Assembly (NCBI RefSeq): GCF_009914755.1 | Contig: NC_060947.1 | DNA: 64,000 bases | Direction: 5' to 3' (one strand) | Origin: the human T2T-CHM13v2.0 reference genome, Homo sapiens | In this document: positions 58,533 to 64,000 of the stretch, piece after piece | How positions within the stretch are numbered: the first letter of the stretch is position 1 | Layout: each line of letters opens with the position of its first letter | Made by a program: the position numbers and the translations under genes | Notes under the pieces: model-generated | The model's input: the letters and a program-made list of their open reading frames with translations, nothing else | Databases searched by the model: none | Told to the model about the DNA's origin: nothing

Positions 58533-59539
58533 TTGGAAATGAGATTTTAACTGGTTTTGTTCTCTGTCAATGAAACTGAAAAGATTTTAAATTAATCAAT
58601 ACAAAGTTTATATTTGATTTGTATTATTTATAAGTCATTAAAGGTAATCCTTAAATAATCCTCACATTGAAATGTTTACAAACCAATTTCTTCAGCCTCT
58701 TTTATCCAGAAATGAAATTTTTAAAATATGCCTATAAAGATCAGATCGTTCATTCTTATTTTACTGGATCCAGATATGTTACCATTATCCTTTAAAAATT
58801 ACTGACTTTCCATTTAATTCAGTTTTACTTCCTCTTTAAATGTGTGATTCTCTACCTTAAATAACCCCAGGATGTTTTCCTAGAAATTCAGTCAGCCATC
58901 TGAAAGTAATTTTTCTGTCTGGTATGTGGGGTTTTTGATGGGTGTATGTGGCAAGCATATAGCTTAACTATACTCACTATACTCATTTTCATCAAAATAT
59001 TGGCTAAAATATTCAGAACAGATGTATATATGTGTATACTTTTTCTGAGACTCTAGAGAAAGCTTTTTTGTGAACATTAAAGGGCATGTCAGACTTATGG
59101 AGAAATTTCTTTGAAAATTTTTTTAAATCTTTGACAACTGTAAGAGAAGATTGCTTCTCAGGTGCTGTTTATTACCCTGAAACTTAATGACTTTAGCGTG
59201 CTTTTAGAGAGTTTTTAAAAGCGATACAAATGAAAAAGGCAGCAATTCAGTGGTGTTTCAACAGACAACATGGGAATGTATGTAGATAAGAAATCAAGAG
59301 ACAGAACTAGTTCTGACTTGATTGGCAAACAGTTCTGTAAAGCTCAGTTTGTCAGAAAAATGAAGAGTATTGGTGAGGGTAACATACTTGCCTTAGAAGG
59401 AAGGAAGAGGGAGGAAAAGAAGGAAATGGAAAATTAGAAGGAAGGAAAGGGAAAGAAACTACGAAAATAGAAACTAATGATACAGCTTGGATCCTTTTTG
59501 GTCTAGTGTCTGAGGAAAGTCCCCTATTTACTTTCTTAA

Positions 59540-60340
59540 CAAGCAGTGAGTTAAATATTGAGCAGTTACTGTGTTTAAGGTACTGCGCTAAGTGTGGGAG
59601 ATACCACAGTAGACAGTAGAAAAGTCTGTCTTCTCCCATGAAGTTTACAGTCTAGAAGGGTGACAGAATTCAAGTAACTAAATTAATAAATACTTACGTG
59701 ACTATAATTGTCATGCTACAAAGAAGAACTTTGAGAGGAAATGAGACAAACACAGAGAATCCTGACCTAGAATGAGAGGCCAAGGATTGTATCCCTAAGG
59801 AAATGACATTTTTGCTTAGCTCTGAAGGATGCATGTGAATTTATGATAAGAAGAGAGGAAAATCAGAAGACAGAGTCTTAGGGTGCCGGGTAAGGAAAGT
59901 GTTTCAAGGAAGGAGTAGTACTCGGTGCTAATGCTACAGATACATCAGAAAAGTCAAGGACTCTGAGAATTGTGTATTGGATTTAGCAACATGGAGGCCC
60001 TAAAAACCTTGACAATAGCAGTTTTGGTGGAATAGTGGGGACAAGAGCTTAATCGGGGAAGATTCAAGAGGGGAGGAGAAGAATTGGGGGCTACAAATAT
60101 AAAGAAGCTTTCTACAAGGTTTTCTGTAAAGAGAAACAAAAAATAAGGTGGTAGCTGGGTAGAGGTTTGTGGGGTGAGGAGAGTTACTTTTTAAAAAACG
60201 ATTGGAGAAATTACAGCATGTTTATATGCTAATGGGAATGACTGAGTAGAAAGAGAAAAGTTGATGATGCAGGAGAAAGAAGGGAGGATTGCTCAAGGCA
60301 TGCCCTTGAGTAGGTCGGAGGGAATAGGATCCAATGAGCA
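59540..60340 (-). mobile_element. L2 LINE remnants
   Basis: aatattgagcagttactgtg...ctcccatgaagtttacagtctag and ggatttagcaacatggagg...gcagttttggtggaatagtgggg are L2 hallmarks. Confidence 0.65.
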
Positions 60341-62467
60341 ACCCAGTAATTTCAGATCTCCCTAATGTCACAATACAGTATAATAAGTATTGTATATATG
60401 CTAAAGGCACTAGGAAAAAGCTTAGGGAGCCCAGTAGAGTGAGCAGTTAACTCTGCCAAAGGGGATTGTAGCATTTGTGATATCACCTAAAATGCTTATC
60501 TGAGGTAAAAATTAGTTTATTTTCAAGCAATGTTGTACACTAGCATTAAAGCATAGCAATTTTGTATTAAAATACAGTAATTAGGATATATCATTATACA
60601 GCACTTCATCATTGTCTATATTCTTAAAATTGTATTTTGTGTTACATTTGCTTAATTGCGCTGAATATAGTCCATAATTCTTAAAAACCTACTTGCCATC
60701 AATATCATAATAAAATTCAGACAAAATCCAAAAAATAGTTATCTTTTTTTCTGTGTGCCTCTATAAAAATATTTATCTTTTACCTTTACCACATTTATTA
60801 GAATACAGGAATAAATACAGCACAAAATTTCTGCCTCTATGGAGACACCAATTAAAAAACTCTAGATGTGCAACAGATATTAAAAGCCAAATAAAATAAT
60901 GGTTATACTATGAGGCACTAGCACAGTGGTATCACAAGGCTTATGATAGGGTGCCAAATGAACTCTGCAATTAATGCATGCTTTATACTTAAAGGAATAA
61001 AAAATTAAGAAGTGGTCAGCAAAAATATTTAAATGGGCCCTAATCCTCGTTTTCTAGATTATATTCTTTGCTGTTATTATTCTTATCATGAATTAGTAAT
61101 CTTAACTTTACAACTTCAAAAACCAATATAAGTACTACTATGTAAAGATATGTCTTAAACTTTTCCAGATTACTTTTCAGAGATTTATGTTTTATTTATG
61201 TTCATTTACACAGGAATGGGTCAGATGTATTTAATTTTATTAAACCAATCCATTTGTATTAAAGCCTTAAAAAGTCATATGAGTATAAAAATACTTTGCA
61301 TGTATTAATAATAGCATATATTTGATTTAAGTCTATAATGCTTATAGTACTCTTGCCTTTGGTGTTTTGTTTCACTTGGTTTTTTACCAACAGCACTAAA
61401 ACATTGAATCATAGATTTATCTTTCCATTTGAACTTTGCTGTCCTGTGAAATTAAAATGCTGCTGTATACATGCAGTAGCAAACATATTTTCAAGCTGTA
61501 ATCAATGATCTGTATATTTGGAATTAGAAATAATTTAAGCCATGGTCTATTTTTCAGTCTGCCATGGACTGCTATTTATACAAGAATGTTACCTTATGTT
61601 ATTGGTTTAACTGCTTTATTAAGTCGACTTCAGTATTTCAGCACAATTAAAAATCAATACTTATAAGCAACATTATTTGTTCTACCTAAATCAATAATAT
61701 ACTTTATTTTTTAAAATACTTATTTTTATTTGCATTGCTGAATCTATGGTTTTATAACTAATAAAAGCAAAACCTTGATGTTCTCCAAAAGTAAATTTCA
61801 GTAAAGCTTTTTCTTTCGGTTTTTTTCTAATTTAGTATATTTTCCTTCAATTGTGTATTAGTAATATACAGTATAATTCTGTTAAAAAAAAAAAGTCACC
61901 CCCGGAAAAGTCAGTGTTAAAAATCTTCTGCATAATTGTTTCTATGGCTAATTATACAACCAGACATATCAAGGGCTTAATTACATGCTTCAATGACTTA
62001 GCTCCATTAAAATTTCAGAGATGACGCAAAATATAATGAATACAATTATGTATTTCATATTCTGTGTGTGAAGTATGTTTCTTCTTGTTTTTGTGCACAT
62101 ATGTTTGTCTCCAAACAACCAATTTTCAAAAAATATCTAACTAGCTTTTTAATATATATAACATATAGAGCAAGTGAAACAACTGCTTATTTATTGGATT
62201 TTCACTTTTCAAAAGATTTTTTGATGACATGTAAAAACAGTGCTAGAGCTGTTAATTGCTTCAGTTTCAGTGCCCATGCTGAAGTAGAGTTTATTTCTAA
62301 AACCAGATCCTAAAGAAATAAATTGTAGATATTTTGAAAATACAGCCTTCATAACATTGAAAATCTGGAGGACTGACTGTGCAAAGTGGTGGGAATAGAC
62401 ATAACAAAAGGAGACCTTCCCTCAAACCTTTACCCTACTTTCGATGGGCAGAATATTGACCTGGATC

Positions 62468-63048
62468 TATAGATGGCTGTTGTGAGACCTCGGTTCTTCT
62501 TAGCTTAAAAGAATTTAAACAAGAGACACACAGCAAAGGAGATATAGTATAGAGCAATTTATTGCAAAGGACAAAGAATATTATGAAAGTTAGGTTCAGA
62601 ACAGACAGTACACCCTGAGAGAGGATTCAGGGTGAGCTGCTCCTAAGGATGAGACCACCAAGACTGGCACTAGGGAGACTCCCTTTATGAGAGTCTTACA
62701 TAATTATTCATAAAGGAGTGGGAAGAGGTGTTGCTATTAAGCATATTCTTGGTTGTCCTCTGGGTGCACATGCATAGTAGCTGTACATACTTGTTCATAC
62801 ATTGCATGTCTCATTAGCATCTTAAATCTCTATCCAGGGGTGTGTTGCTTACTGTTATAATGAACAAAGGGTCGGTCTGAGGACAGGTGTAATCAAAATG
62901 CATGTGCTCCCTGCAGGGGAAATTCCTTACTGTAGATAGCTGTGTTTGAATGAGCTGGACTACAGTGTGAGTGCTGGGGCTTATTGTGTTAACTGTATTG
63001 TCGCCATGTGAGGACATGTTTACTTCCTTGACTACCTATCCTGCCTCA
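62468..63048 (-). mobile_element. ERV1 (MER4-group, MER83/MER84-like) solo LTR
   Basis: Minus strand starts tgaggcaggataggtagtcaaggaag; minus-strand AATAAA at 62558-62563; 4-bp TSD gatc at 62464-62467 and 63049-63052. Subfamily uncertain. Confidence 0.8.
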
Positions 63049-63659
63049 GATCATCTCACTCAAATTCCCTCTGTGTAAAAGAGCAGAGATATACTGTTGG
63101 AGAATTTGGAATATTAGGTGATCATTTACAAAGTTGTTTGCATACCTTGAAAGGAAGCCATTAAATAAATATTACATTTTTGGCTCATTAATAATTTTAT
63201 CATGTCTAGTTAATCTTCAGATTTTAAAAGAGCTTAGCAAAACAGACTAAACTGTATCAGTGTTCACAATAAAAAGCCATAAGATTGATACTTTTTCCTT
63301 AAGAACAGAATTAGAATTCTCCTGACAGAATTTTTTAAAGCACATTGAGTGATTTTAATAATCATAAAATTTAGCTGGGCAAGGAGGGAAGCTGCAGGGA
63401 CAGAAGGTGACTGACAGATACTGAAAAGTGGTATGACAGGTATTAATAGATTAAAGGAGGAAGAATTGTTGGAGTACTGTAGGTAGTGTGCTAGAAATAC
63501 AAAAGGTGGTAGTTCGTAAGCTGGATATTTAAAGGGATTGCAGTCTTTGCTGATGAGACTAAGCATATGACGACAGGAATGAGTGTGAGAGAGAACCTCA
63601 AGAAACTGAAAGGCCAGACTCTCAGAGGGTGAATATTGAAGTCACCAAGAATTATGACA

Positions 63660-63865
63660 GAAGTGTGAGTGCCTGGGTTTGAATCCTGATACTATGTACT
63701 TACCAGGTATATGTCCTTGGGCAAGTTATATAACCTTAGTTTCCTCATCAGTTAAAATGAGGATAATGATAGTATAGTTCTCTGAATTATCAGGAGTAAA
63801 CAATTTAATACTTATGAAACTCTTAGTATGTGGTATATGGCAAATGACATATAAATGTTTATAAT
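63660..63865 (+). mobile_element. MIR SINE
   Basis: gcctgggtttgaatcctg...ccttgggcaagtta...cttagtttcctcatc...aaaatgaggataat. Confidence 0.75.
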
Positions 63866-63924
63866 ATTATCAGAATCATAATAACCATTATTATTTGTAT
63901 GATCCAGTCCTGTGTGAGTCTCCG

Positions 63925-64000
63925 CTTTTCATTCACTAGAAATTTATTAAGCGACTATTTCATGCCAGGCATTTTGCTAGGTATCCTGTTAAAACTTCTG
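63925..64000 (-). mobile_element. L2 3' end, running off the window
   Basis: ttcattcact...atttattaagcgacta...tgccaggcattttgctagg. Confidence 0.55.

Overview
This is primate (very probably human) genomic DNA from the middle of CNKSR2, an X-linked neuronal MAPK scaffold gene, transcribed on the + strand. Five coding exons with GT-AG boundaries (1118-1177, 4851-4919, 19816-19962, 30198-30331, 35187-35398) splice into one open frame. That frame encodes most of the PDZ domain and the proline-rich region after it; from memory these are exons 7-11. The rest is intron. About 20.7-34.9 kb is poor in recognisable young repeats. About 37-64 kb is repeat-dense: a near-complete antisense L1MA with a nested MLT2B LTR, a full-length sense L1PA7-like element with a nested Alu, an L1PA13-like 3' fragment, an ERV1 solo LTR, plus Alus, MIR/L2 and MER DNA transposons. 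Almost all ORFs in the supplied track are chance frames or L1/Alu remnants. I found no convincing new multi-gene system. The best leads are a near-perfect 36-bp intronic hairpin (5510-5596), an open ORF0-like antisense frame in the L1 5'UTR, a 91-bp triplication next to a candidate in-frame microexon, candidate poison exons, and inverted repeats that could drive circRNA formation or editing. Repeat subfamily names and exon numbers come from visual recognition, not database searches.
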